Shown: positions 1 to 19,614 of the stretch, one piece after another
How the letters are laid out: every line of letters starts with the position of its first letter
Position numbering within the stretch: the stretch's first letter is position 1
DNA from: the human T2T-CHM13v2.0 reference genome, Homo sapiens
Reading direction: 5' to 3' (one strand)
NCBI RefSeq assembly: GCF_009914755.1
Contig: NC_060947.1
DNA length: 64,000 bases
Notes under the pieces: model-generated
What the model was told of the DNA's origin: nothing
The model's input: only the letters and a program-made list of their open reading frames with translations
The model's database searches: none
Position numbers and translations under genes: made by a program

Positions 1-136
1 ATCCAGGCAAATCACAACTGGAATTAAAAAAATTAATTAATGGCAATACTGAAGTTAATCAGAAGTTGGAAATATCTGATGAATATTTTAAAGTAGCCAC
101 CATAACATTGCTTCAACAGTAGTTAGAGATTACTTC
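1..136 (+). mobile_element. Old L1M ORF1 fragment, apparently continuing at ~13190
   Basis: Resembles old L1 ORF1 (ttggaaatatctgatgaatattttaaagtagccaccataac); same orientation as the L1M ORF1 that resumes after the nested insertions. Confidence 0.45.
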
Positions 137-1567
137 ATTTTTTAAATATTTTATTTGATTTTATTTTAAGTTCTGGGATACATGTGCAGGACATGCAGGT
201 TTGTTACATAGGTAAACGTGGGCCATGGTGGTTTGCTGCACCTATCAACACATCACCTAGGTATTAAGCCCAGGATGCATTAGCTATTTTTCCCGATGCT
301 CTCCATGCCCCCGCCCCCCACCTGACAGTCCCCAGTGTGTGTTGTTCCCCTTCCTGTGTCCATGCATTCTCATTGTTCAGCTCCCACTTATAAGTGAGAA
401 CATGCAGTGCTTGGTTTTCTGTTCCTGTGTTAGTTTGCTGAGGATAGTGGCTTCCAGCTCCATCCGTGTCCCTGCAAAGGACATGATCTCACTCCCTCCT
501 ATGGCTGCATAGCACTCCATGGTGTATATGCACCACACCTTCTCCATACAGTCTATCATTGATGTGCATCTGGGCTGATTCCATGTCTTTGCTATTTTGA
601 ATAGTGCTGCAACGAACATACTCGTGCATGTATCTTTATAACAGAATGATTTATATTCCTTTGGGTATATACCCAGTAATGAGATTGCTGGGTCAAATGG
701 TATTTCCACTTCTAGATCTTTGAGGAATCGCCACACTGTTTTCCACAATGGTTGAACTAATTTACATTCCCACCAACAGTGTAAAAGTGGTCCTGTTTCT
801 CCACAGCTTTGCCAGCATCTATTGTTTCTTGACTTTTTAATAAGTGCCATTCTGACTGGCATGAGATGGTATCTCATTGTGGTTTTTGATTTGCATTTCT
901 CTAAGGATCAGTGATGTTGGGCTTTTTTTCATATGTTTTTTGGCCACATGAATGTCTTCTTCTGAGAAGTATCTGTTCATATCCTTTACCCAATTTTTGA
1001 TGGCGTTGTTTGTTTTTCTCTTGTAAATTTGTTTACATTCCTTGTAGATTCTGGATATTAGACCTTTGTCAGATGGATAGATTGCAAAATTTTCTCCCAT
1101 TCCATAGATTGTCTGTTCACTCTGATGATAGTTTCTTTTGCCATTCAGAAGCTCTTTGGTTTGGATCCCATTTGTCAATTTTTGCTTTCATTGCAATTCC
1201 TTTTGATGTTTCCATCATGAATTCTTTGCCCGTGCCTGTGTCCTGAATGGTATCACCTGGATTTTCTTCTAGAGTTTTTATAGTGTGGAGTTTTACTTTT
1301 AAGTTTTTAACCCATCTTGAGTTAATTTTTTATAAGGTGCAAGGAAGGGGTCCAGCTTCAATTTTCTGCATATGGCTAGCCAGTTTTCCCAGCACGATTA
1401 ATTAAATAGGGAATCTTTCCCCATTGCTTGTTTTTGTCCAGTTTGTTGAAGATCAGATGGTTGTAGATGTGTGGATTTATTTCTGAGCTCTCTATTCTGT
1501 TCCATTGGTCTATGTGTCTGTTTTGGTATCAGTACCATGTTGTTTTTGTAGTATATTTTGAAGTTGG
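137..1567 (-). mobile_element. L1PA8-PA11-type LINE-1, 3' UTR and ORF2 C-terminus
   Basis: T-rich tail, 3' UTR (ggtaaacg...catcacctaggtattaagccc...gcattagct); ORF 377-877 is the ORF2 Cys-rich C-terminus ([21 protein letters not shown]...MFSLISGS). Confidence 0.93.
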
Positions 1568-1988
1568 TTTATTAGTCAGCGTTCTCTAGAGGGACACACA
1601 TATATATATAAAGGGGAGTTTAGTAAGTATTAACTCACACGATCACAAGGTCCCACAATAGGCCATCTGCATGCTGAAGAGCCATGAGAGCCAGTCTGAG
1701 TTCCAAAACTGAAGAACTTGGAGTCCTATGTTTGAGGGCAGGAAGCACCCAGCATGGGAGAAAGATGTAGGCTGGGAGGCTAGGCTAGTCTCTCTTTTTC
1801 ACATTTTTTGGCCTGCCTCCCTGGCAGTTGATTAGATTTTGCCAGCCCAGATTAAGGGTGGGTCTGCCTTTCCCAGTCCACTGACTCTAATGTTAATCTC
1901 CTTTGGCAACGCACTCGCAGACACACCCAGGATCAATATTTTGTATCTTTCAATCCAATCAAGTTGGCATTCAGTATTAGCCATCAGA
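1568..1988 (-). mobile_element. MLT2A1/A2 LTR (3' LTR of HERV-L)
   Basis: attagtcagcgttctctagaggga...aatccaatcaagttggcattcagtattagccatca matches the reverse complement of MLT2A; a PPT-like tract (revcomp agttgacaagaagtgtact) lies immediately inside. Confidence 0.92.
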
Positions 1989-2299
1989 AGTACACTTCTT
2001 GTCAACTTAAACCCATGCAAATCTCCTGAGATCATACATAATCTTCAGATAAAGACAATAATAAGGTCATAATTACACCTAACATGATACAACTATCCTT
2101 CATACAACCGGAAAAGCACCAATTCCCAACCCAAATAGTATTTCATAAAGTTAACAATACTTACATGCTGATGTGAATTCAATAAATCTTATGTCACATG
2201 ATAAAGGAGAAAAAAATAAAATGAAGTTATTTTCTTAGTACAAGTGTATACATGCACAAACATGTTTTTAACAAAAGAAGGAGGAAATACTCATGACAA

Positions 2300-3160
2300 T
2301 TACAGTCCTCGTTTCTGTAGCTGGTCATGTGGTAGTAGCTGGTAGTGATGACTACCTTCTTCTACTACCCATTCTGTATTCCCTTTGCTTTCAGTAAGCA
2401 CCTCAGCAGGTCGTGTTTTTTGTTTTTGTTTGTTTGTTTGTTTTTTCTTTTTCTTCCTGATTGAGTGACCCAAACTTTCATTCCAAGGGTCTGGGCCATT
2501 TGTAGTCCTGCCTGGATTGGGCTGTTGTGGTTTCCCATTGACCTTAATCACAGGGCATGGTAATACTAAGAGATGCCCTAATGGATCTCCTGTATTCCAT
2601 GCATGCTCTTCCTTGCCTCTGTTGTGGAGTAGTAGACTGATTTCATCTTGATAGTCTGGGTCAATCAACCCAGCCAACACTGCAACTCCCTTCATAGCCT
2701 GTTGACTTAAAGGTAGAAGGAAACCAAATTGTCCAGGTGACAATCTTAACTTCTGGTTTAATGGAGTCGTTGTTGTGTATCCTAGTGGCAGCTTTCCCCA
2801 CTCTGGAACTAAGACCATTAGGTCAGCAGAATGTAATGTCCTGGAAACAGGAAGCAACAATTTTGCTAGGGTATCATCAGGAATGATGGTGAGTGGTGCC
2901 ACTTCCACTTCCACCCCTTGATTCCTGGACCCATGAATCCTGGCTATGGGAGAAACAGTACCATATACTGGATGCTGATTCAGGGCATACAAGGTCTTCT
3001 GGAGAACTTTGCCCCAGTCCTGCAAAGTATTCTCACCTAGGTGGCATTGTAATTGTGACTTCAAAATACCATTCCACCACTCTATCAATCCAGCTGCTTC
3101 AGGCTCATGGAGAACATGGTAAGATGAATGAATTCCATGAGCATGAGCCCACGGCCACAC
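2300..3160 (-). pseudogene. HERV-L integrase C-terminal half plus dUTPase (286-aa open relic)
   Basis: HEPEAAGLIEWWNGILK (integrase catalytic E region) followed by dUTPase motifs LRLSPGQFGFLLP and GLIDPDYQDEI; dUTPase downstream of integrase is characteristic of ERV-L. Confidence 0.88.
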
Positions 3161-3164
3161 TTCT

Positions 3165-4293
3165 TTATCCGTAAAGTAAGTGTCTTGGTCAGAGGCAATG
3201 CTATGTGGAATACCATGATGGTGGATAAGGCATTCCGTGAGTCCACAGATGGTAATCTTGGCAGAAGCATTGCATACAGGATAGGCAAACCTATATGCAG
3301 AGTAAGTGTCTATTGCAGTGAGGACAAACGTCTACCCATTCCATGATGGAAGAGGTCCAATGTAATCAACCTGCCACCAGGTAGCAGGCTGATCACCCCA
3401 AGGAATGGTGCCATACTGAGGGCTCAGTGTTGGTCTCTGCTGCTAGCAAATTGGATATTCAGCTGTGGCCATAGACAGGTCAGCCTTGGTGAGTGGAAGT
3501 CCATGTTGCTGAGCCCATGTGTAACCTCCATCCCTGCCACCATGGCCACTTTGTTCATGGGTCCATTGGGCGATGACAGGAGTGACTGGGGAAAGAGGCT
3601 GAGTGGTGTCCACAGAATGGGTCATCCTATCTATTTGATTATTAAAATTCTCCTCTGCTGAGCTTACCTGTTGGTGAGCACTCACATGGCATACAAATAT
3701 CATCACGGTTTTTGACCACTCAGAGAAGTCCATCCACATACCTTTTCCCCAAATTTATTTGTCACCAATTTTCCAATCATGCTTCTTCCAAGTCACTGAT
3801 CATCCAGTCAAACCATTGTCCACAGCCCACGAATCAGTATATAATCACACATCTGGCCATTTCTCTTCCATGCAAAGTGCACAACCAGGTGTACTGCTAG
3901 AAGTTGTGCCCTCTGGGAAGATTTCCCTTCACTGCTATCCTTCAGGGATGTCCTAGCAAGGGGTTGTAGTGCTGCAGCTGTCCAATTTCAGGTGGTGCCT
4001 GCATATCGTGCAGAACCATCTGTGAACTAGGCCCTAGTCTTCTCTTCCTCTGTCGACTGATCATAGGGAACTCCCCATGAGGCCATCGGTGCAGGCTGGG
4101 GAAGAGAAGGCAGGGTGGCAGGAGTGGAGACCATGGCATTTGAGCCACTTCCTCATGTAACTTACTTGTGCCTTCAGAAACTGCTTGAGCCCAATCACGT
4201 ATATACCACTTACATTTGATGATGGAATGCTGCTGTGCATGACCCACTTTATGGCTAGATGGATCAGAAAGGACCCACTTCATTATAGGCAGT
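3165..4293 (-). pseudogene. HERV-L pol tether/RNase H/integrase N-terminal part, frameshifted
   Basis: WVLSDPSSHKVGHAQQHSII, HVSAHQ, integrase zinc finger HEQSGH...(Y)PIC; stops and frameshifts. Confidence 0.85.
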
Positions 4294-4760
4294 TCACCAC
4301 CCCTGTGTCTCTCAGGTCCTTGATGGTGGCACTAATCTCTGCAATCCCTCCAGGGATACGATATTGTTTTTGATTTATGATTTTTCTAGGTAGAGGCAGT
4401 ACTAATGGTTTTCTTTTGGTCTTTCCTACTATAGTAGCCCTCACCCTACCAGTCAGGGAGCCAATGTGGGGGTTCTGCCAGCTGCTGAGTATGTCTATGT
4501 CAGTTATGCATTCTGGCACTGGGGAAATGACCACAGGATGAGTCCAGGGACCCACTGGACCCACTGTAAGTCGGATCTGAGCTAAAACTCCATTCATTAC
4601 CTGGCCTCCATCAGCCCCTACTTTAACTGGAGGACCACAATGACGTTTTGGGTCCCCTGGAATCAATGTCAGCTCAAAGCCAGTGTCCAGCAGTCCTTGA
4701 AATGTCTGATCATTTCCCTTTCCCCAGTGCACAATTACCCCGGTAAAAGGCTAGAGGTCT
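4294..4760 (-). pseudogene. HERV-L aspartic protease and start of RT
   Basis: GLLDTG catalytic motif; QKQYRIPGGIAEISATIKDL RT N-terminus, then abrupt truncation. Confidence 0.88.
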
Positions 4761-4799
4761 TCTTGGGGAAGAATGGGAGAAAGATTCACTGCATAAATT

Positions 4800-6370
4800 A
4801 TCAGTAACATAGTGGGGTCCTTCCTCAAGGGAACCCAGTCTCCCCTTCATTCAAGGGGTTCTGGGTCTGTAAAGTGGCTCAAGTCTAGAAATTGATTGAT
4901 GGGCCATGATTCTCTGTTTTTTTTTAATTCAAATTAGTCTTTTGTCCATTCAACATAGAAGTTTTCTGCTTATATAAATTAAGTAGAATGCAGTAGGCTT
5001 CCTATCAATTTCACTTTTAGGAACACCATGCGTGATTAATTAGCCAATGCCAGCACTCCACATGAATCAGACTATTCTGATTGCTGCTTTGCCTCTGCTG
5101 TCCATTACCGTAGCTAGCCCACCATGCCTTCGATGGTTGAGTGCTGCCACTTGGCCGCTGCTACCTCAGGATGCAATTATTCCCATTGTATTTAAATTTT
5201 GTAGTTGAGTGACTGTGGTTCCCACCATTAGATCTGACATGCAGGGAAGAGCAATTACAGGGCTCTTCAAAGATAAAGGAGCTGCCCTCACAAATCTATT
5301 GCACAAGGCATTGGTCAAGGGTATCTCTTCTTGATCCTCCCACCTGGAATGAGTTGGTCTAAAGTGACTAATCCACTCCACCATCCTAATCTCCCTAAGC
5401 CTTTGGATCCCTTCCTCTACATGAAACCAAGGGAGATCAGGCATTTCCAGCTCATTCACAATGGGCCATCTTTTAATCCGCATTTCAGCTAACCAAGCAA
5501 ATAAGCTATTGGAACCTTTTTTAACTCCCTGAGCTGCAAGATTAAATGCAGAGTCCCTACTTAGTGAGTCCAAGTCAATAAATTCAGCCTGATCCAACTC
5601 TATGTTCCTTCCACCATTATCTCATACCCTTAATATCCGTTCCCATGCCTGTTCTCCAGATTTCTGTTTACATAAATTAGAAAACTCAAGCAGTTATTTT
5701 TGAGTGTAGTGTACCTCCTCACAGGTCACACTCTCAATCTCACCTCCAGGGGCCCGCCAGGACTTTAGTTTAGTTATAGGTCTGGAAGCAAACAGGGTTG
5801 TTGGGGGTGGCTTCTGAGAATCAACGTTATCTTGGCTGACTACTGCCTCAGGGGAGGCCATCACTCTTGCCTCACGCAGCACAGGGTTTATCTCCTCAGA
5901 CAAAGGTGTCAAGGTTGATGGCAGCATGGGCTGGAGAGGGGATGTTGCCACTACTGGGGATGGGGGAGCTGTTTCTTCTGGCAAAAAAAGGTTCATCAGA
6001 GTTTACAAACTCAGTGTACCCACCTTCATCAGGGTCCTCCCACAAGTCCTCATTCCAAGTTTCAGGGTCCCATTCTTTTCCAATCAATGCCCTCACTTTA
6101 ACAGTAGACACCTGGTGAGGCTGTGCATGCACCTTTCATTGCAGGTCAGCCACTTGCATGATAAGAGCTTGTGTATGTTTTTCCACAATTTCAGCTCTTT
6201 CTCTACAGGAGATAAGGTTCTCACTCAGGGCAGTCTTAGCAGATTTGAGGCTCAGTATTTGCTTCTGAAGTTGTGAAGTAGAGTCCCTGAGTTCGTCATT
6301 TTCTTCATCATTTGGTCCAATGAACTTAGGAGGAACCAATCAGCTTCATTATGTTCCTTGGTTCTCCACA
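4800..6370 (-). pseudogene. HERV-L gag relic (5' end missing)
   Basis: ORFs 5166-5597, 5694-5996, 5896-6132 and 6136-6339 are ERV-L gag-like. Confidence 0.85.
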
Positions 6371-6379
6371 TATGGTCAA

Positions 6380-13176
<6,797 letters not shown>

Positions 13177-13189
13177 TGATTTTTTTTTT

Positions 13190-15645
13190 TTTGGTCACAT
13201 TTTTAAAAGGAAAAACATTATTGATAAAAGAGAAGTTTTAAAAAAGAATCAAATGTAAATTACAGAACTAAAAATACAATAGCTAAAATTTTAAAATCAC
13301 TGGATGGGATGAATAGTAACAGTGGATATGAAAGAATATAGAAACAATGTGCTAGAGGACAAAGAAATAAAATTTACACATTCTGAGCAAAAGAGAGAAG
13401 GTGAGAAAAACTGATTAGAGGCACATGGACCTGTGTGGCAATTATGGAAAACATACCACTTATAAATACAGTGGCTCTATGAGTTCCAGAAGGAGAAAAA
13501 AAAATAAAAACACATGAAAAAAATAATGACCCAAATGTCTCAAACTTGACAAAAGGCATACATCTACAGAATCTGAGCAAACCACAAATAGTATAACCGC
13601 CCACCAAAATCCATGCTAAGGCACATCACAATTAAACATCTAAAAACTAAAGGCCAAAAGCACGTTCAAATCATCCACAGGGAAGTGATGCCTTTATAGG
13701 GGAACACTTACTGGAATGGCAGAGGATTTCTCATCTGAAACCATGGAGACCAGAAGAAAGAGACACAACCTACCGTGTTGTGGAGTATGGTATATTAATG
13801 AATTGGAAGACTCAATATAATAAAAATGTCAGTCCTCTACAATTGATCTGTAGATTTAATGCAATCTCTATTCAAATTGTAGCGAAGATTTTAAAATATA
13901 GAAAAACTTATTCTAAAAATTATATAGAAAGACACAGGCCCTAGCCCTAGAATAGCTAAAACAATCTTGAAAAGAAGAGTAAAGTGGGAGAAATCATTAT
14001 ATCTTACAGTAGGAATTATTATATAATAGGTACAGTAATCAAGAGTGTCATATTGGTGGAGTAACAGATGTGTGGATTAATGGAAGAGAATATGGAATCT
14101 AAAAATAGACCCACAAAAATATGCCCAACATATTCCTGACAAAGGTGTAAAAGCAGTTCAACGGAAGAAGAATATACTTTTCAATAAATGATGGTGGAGC
14201 AGTTGGCTCCCACAGACAACAACAAAAAATTTGACTTAAACTCACATCTTATTAAAAAAAAATGCCTCAAAGTGGGGCTCAGTTTGCAGTACATATGCTA
14301 GATTTGGAATGATACAGAGAAAATTAGCATGGCACCTGCACAAGGATGACATGCAAATTTGTAAAACATTTTGTATTTGAAAAAAGAAAATAATTACCTG
14401 AAAATGGATTATGGTCTTAAATGAAAAACATAAAACTATTAAATTTTTAGGGAAAAACATAGTAGAAAATCTTCAAGATCAAGGGGTAGGAAAAGGGTTC
14501 TTGAATTAAGACTAAAAGCACAATCTAGAAAATCAAAAATTGATCATTAGACCTCATTCATTTAAAAAAACTTTGCTCTGTGAAATACACTGTAGAGGAT
14601 AGAAAGACAAGCTACATAGACTTGGAAGAAATATTCACAAACTCTACATCTGACAAATGACTAGTGTCTAGAATATATGAAGAGTTCTCAAAATTCAACA
14701 GTGAAAGACAAACAATTCAATTAGAAAACGAGCAAAAGACATTAATAGATATTTCACCTAAGAGGATATATGAATGTCAAATAAGCATATAAAAAATTCA
14801 ACATCACTAGCTATTATGAAAATGTGAATTGAAACAAAAATGAGCTATTACTACATACTTAACAGAATGCCTGGAATAAAAAGTTGTAAAGCATCAGTTG
14901 CTGGCAAAGACACAGAGAAACTTGATTATTGATAAATTGCTGGTGGGAATATAAAATGGTACACCCATTCAAAAAATGATTTGGCAATTTCTTAGAAAAC
15001 CAAACATTTATCTATATACAAATCAGAAATTTCAGTCCGGGCAGTTATCCCAGAAAAATGAATTATTTTTTTCACACAAAAACCTGCATACAAATGTTCA
15101 TAGCAACTTTATCCTAATAGCCCCAAACTAGAAACAACTCAGATGTCTGTTAACAAGTGAATGGTTAAAAGAACTGTGGTACATCCATACCATGGAATAG
15201 TACTCAGCAATAAAAATAAACTATTGATACACATGACAATGTGGATTAAACTCCAGGGAATTATGCTGGATGAAAAAGTCCAATCCAAAATGTTATATAC
15301 TGTATGATTCCATTTATATAGCATGCTTGAAATGACAAAATTATAAATGTTGAGGGCATATTATGGTTGCTGCAGGTTAAGGGCGTGTGAGAGAAGTGGA
15401 TGTGGTTATAAAATGGCAACATGTGTGATCTTTATGGTGACAAAACAGTACAAGTAAAATTGGTGAAATTTGAACGGGTAGGTGGATTGTATCAATGTCA
15501 ATATCCTAGTGTGATAGTACTATAGTTTTGCATGACGTTAATATTGAAGGAAAGCAGGTAAAGTGTATATGGAATATTTCTGTATTTTTCTTACAACTGC
15601 ATGTGAATCTACAATGATCTCAAAATAAAAGTTCAATGTAAAAAA
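13190..15645 (+). mobile_element. Old L1M (L1MC/MD-type): ORF1 relic joined at ~13775 to 3' ORF2 and 3' UTR
   Basis: ORF1-like 13200-13770; ORF2 (attggaagactcaatata...) from ~13790; 3' end ttacaactgcatgtgaatctacaatgatctcaaaataaaag. Confidence 0.8.
14275..14378 (+). pseudogene. Full-length U6 snRNA retropseudogene with A-tail
   Basis: gggctcagtttgcagtacatatgctagatttggaatgatacagagaaaattagcatggcacctgcacaaggatgacatgcaaatttg aligns to U6 including the ACAGAGA box; A-tail 14380-14390; degenerate TSD; no upstream U6 promoter (embedded in L1). Confidence 0.93.
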
Positions 15646-17842
15646 GTATAATGTTGGTGCATGAAGAGTTAGAAGATGGTTAAATCTATAATAAATGATT
15701 TTTAAAATTCATAAGAAGGATGCTGTCTAATAAAGCTGCATTTTTGATAGCCAAAATGGGAAGCAGAATGATAAACAGTTTCATGGAAAATGCCTCTAAA
15801 GGTCAACTGTGCAAAAAAGGGAAAAAATGTAAACATCAATGTGAATGACATGCTCTTATCTTCCTTGGAAGTAGTGTTGAGTTTATTTCATAAATTTATA
15901 ATAAGTAATTATACTGATAGTTTGCTGCTTTATTTCTCTGATGAATTAATACTGGAATGAACTATCAGAAAGACGTGAATTTCAAAATCTGTGAGGTATT
16001 TCAGAGCCTGTGTTGGCAAGATCACTCTTTTTTTGGGGCCATGATTTTTGTTTTATTAGAAACTCTTTTCTAGGGGTAGGAAGTTTTTGCTCTTTAGAGA
16101 AATCCTGACACCCCACCCCCCCAAAAAAATTGCAAAGATCAAAAAGCTGGCCAAGTTTTTCATCCTGGTAAAGGTTATTTTAATTTTTGAAAATATTTTG
16201 AAAATCCTTAAAAGCTTATCAGAGAGTGTCAGTTCTCTTAGAGGAATATATTCTGATAGAGGTATCACTGTGTTTAAGGCAAGAGTAGAGGACTTTGGGA
16301 ATAGAAGGGCGACATGTTTGACTTCTGTAGCATCTAAAACATCGATGCCAGGTTGCTTCTTGCTCCTAAACATATTATGTTTATGCTATTTATTTTATCA
16401 GGTGGCTAATTATGTAAGAGAATCCCCAAAGGAGGTTTTTCTGGTCCAGGTTTTTGTTGGTGGATTTTAGTCATCTTGAAAATCTTCTAGTTCTGTTTCC
16501 GGGAACAGTTCATGACTTGAAGCTGTTATACCACCATTTCACCTTTGAGTTTCTTCAGAATATCTGAGTAAGTGGCACCTGATGTGTATATTATTTACCA
16601 TCAGGTCTAGAACTTACCTGTTTAACTGTTTATGATTGAATGCTTCTGGTACTTCAAATTTCATATGGATTAAAGATTCTCCTTAATGGCTTCCTCTGTA
16701 AAGAAAATAACCACAATACCTCACTGAGTCTCTCTGTTACCATTCTTTCACACCTGATTATATCATAAAGTGGCCCCACTGATTCTGTAGCTCACTTCCT
16801 GATTTTGTTGTCCTTAAAAAAATTTAGTATTCATTTAGGAGTGTCTTATAAGGTGATCCTTGGAATTATTATTATTATTTTTTACTTTATTGGCCATTTA
16901 CAGATTTCTTGTCTGCATGTAGGCAGCTTTTTTTTTTTCATTAAAAAAATATGCTCCTTTTGTCCTCCTACCTCCCCAAGCCTCTTTACTTTGTCATATA
17001 GCCATGGATAAATTAGATTTTGTTTGACTGCTAAATTATTTTTGATACACTGCATGTATATTTGGTCTTTTTGAAGTGATTTTGAAAAGTACTCCTATGG
17101 GATTTCAATCCGTGAAAATATATTTTTGAAATAGCAATACCTACATTGTATTGTCACTCTTTCTCCTAAAGGTGGATAACCAAGTGATGGATAATTCTGG
17201 TTTACTTGCTTAAGCTAGTATGTAAAATTAAATTACTATTATATAGTATCTCCTATAGATATTTATATCTTTTCAAAACCATATTCTTTTGAATCCTACA
17301 AATCTCATTATAGTAAGTAGCCATACTTTTTATGCAAACCTCAATTTTACATTTCATTCTGACAAAATATTTGATCAGTTTGTGGATAACTGAAGACCTC
17401 CCAAAAGTACATCACCTAATTTCTATAATGTGGCCAAAATTGTATTATTCCTGTCAAGTCTTCTGTAATGACTATAGGCCTGTAACTTTATCAACACATT
17501 TTATATTTAAAAAATTTCATTTTTCCACTCACAGAATTTTTATTACCCTTTCCTTATCTAATATTCTATGTTTATACTATATATGTTTGCCTTCATACAC
17601 ATAGCAACATGCTTACTTATCTGTCCAGGTTGGGCCTTCCTGTAGTCTGTATGTACCTTGGCATTGCAAGTGGTTGGTTTTTCTCCTTCTACCAAATTGC
17701 TTAAAGTCTAGTTATATATCCTTGCATCCTGGCCTATATTCTAATTCAGCTATTTTCCTTTTAAAGCTTCTAGAAATAGTATATATGTGTATATCATATT
17801 TTAGTTACTTTTTACCCCTCCCTATATATGTCAGCTGTTCTT

Positions 17843-18712
17843 TCAAAACCATAATGAGATAGCATCTTACCCTAGCTAGAATAGCTATTATTAAAAAGAC
17901 TAAAAATAACAGATGCTGTTGAGGATGCAGAGAAACGGGAAGTCTTATACACTTTTGGTAGGGATATAAATTAGTACAGCCATAACGGAAAACAGTATGG
18001 AGATTTCTCCAAAATAAAAAACTAGAACTACCATACAGTCTAGCAATTCCACTACTGGGTATATATTTCAAAGAAAAAATTGGAATATCAAAGGGAACAA
18101 TGCACCCCATGTTTATTGCTGCACTATTCGCAATAGCAAAGGCATGGAATCAACCTCTGTCCATTAACAAATGAGTGGATAATGAAAATGTGGTACATAC
18201 ACACAATTAAATACTAGTTGGCCATAAAAAGAATTAAATTCTGTCATTTGCAGCAACATGGATGGAACTGGAGGGCATCATATTAAGTGAAATAAGCCAG
18301 TCACAGAAACACAAATGTCATATGTTCTCACTCACATGTGGGAGCTAAAAAAGGTGGATCTTACATAGATAGAGAGTAGAATGGTAGCTACTGGAGGCTG
18401 GAAAAGATGTGTCGCGGGGAAGGGGATAAAAAGAAGTTGGTTAATGGGTACAAATATATAGTTAGATAGAAGGAATAAGTTCTAATGTTCTAATGCAGAG
18501 TAGGGTGACTATAGATAACAACAATATATTATATACTTCAAAATAGTTAGAAGAGAGTACCTGAAATGTTCCAAACACATAAGAATGATAATACTGGAGG
18601 TGATTAATATCCTAAATAACCTGACTTAATCATTACACCTTCTATGCATGTAACAAAATATCACATGTTCTTTTAAATATGTACAAAAATTATGTATCAG
18701 TAAATTATTTTA
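17843..18712 (+). mobile_element. L1MA-type 3' fragment
   Basis: ORF2 C-terminus plus L1MA 3' UTR (gggtacaaatatatagttagatagaaggaataagttc). Confidence 0.85.
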
Positions 18713-19614
18713 AAGTTGGCATTATAAGTTGCCTCCAATTTTCTTTGTTTCACTGTCATAGCCCTGGCCCATTTGTCAAACTTTTCTTATATTCTTTTAC
18801 TCTAGTGGAATCTGCAACAGTTTGCCTTTTCTCCTATCTTGCCTCGTAGTTTTTCCTTTTTAATACAAGATTCATGATGACATTTTGTTAAAGTGTAGCC
18901 CAGCCTTCCTGTGTATCCTATAACTATTAAAAAGAGTTCTTGTGGATTCTGGAGAATTTGGAGTGCCCACTCTTTTTTCTCTGTATGGAACAGAAGCTAT
19001 TTGAGAAAGCATCACCCTAGAGATCTTGGCCTTGAATTCATTTCTAGGGCATTAAATTTGGCCTACAGTACTATATTTTCTTAAGTCTTCATATTTAAAT
19101 GTGCAGTGACCACTGGCTTTTCCTCCCCTGCCATCACCCGAGGCTGGCCTAGCAAATATTAAAAGGTTACCATGTAGCTAGCACAGCTTTGTTCTAACAC
19201 ATAACCTTCATTATTATCATACACATGGCTGTCTACACACTCTACAATCTAACCTACGCATGCCATTTCTTACTAGCCTATCTCAGAGACATATTCTCTG
19301 TATATAGTACACGGTGGCATAATAATGATGCCTGGATCTCATCAAAGGGTCATTTCTTGTTGAAGCCAACCTTCTTTAAGGCCCTTTTCCTCCTTAGAAC
19401 CACAATTACTGCCCTCATGGAAATGAGAATATTTTACAATAATCTAGAGGCCCTTCGATGCTGTTTGTATCTGCCACATCTGCTATATTTACCAACAGAA
19501 AACAGACCTGTTCTATGATAGCCAAGAGTTCAGGAACACTACAGCTCCCACACTAATCCTGGCATTTTAAATTGAAGATAACGGGTCATAATAAATGGTA
19601 TGTTGCTCAAAATG

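Larger units (their letters stand above)
1989..6375 (-). mobile_element. HERV-L internal region (partial gag, protease, RNase H, integrase, dUTPase; RT deleted; no env)
   Basis: ORF track gives ERV-L gag (DQAEFIDLDSLSRDSAF, GKEWDPETW), protease (GLLDTG), RNase H/integrase (HEQSGH...PIC) and dUTPase (GLIDPDY). Confidence 0.95.

Noticed and set aside
14275-14378. Functional U6 gene
   Set aside because: Many substitutions, A-tail and TSD, and no upstream PSE/TATA context.
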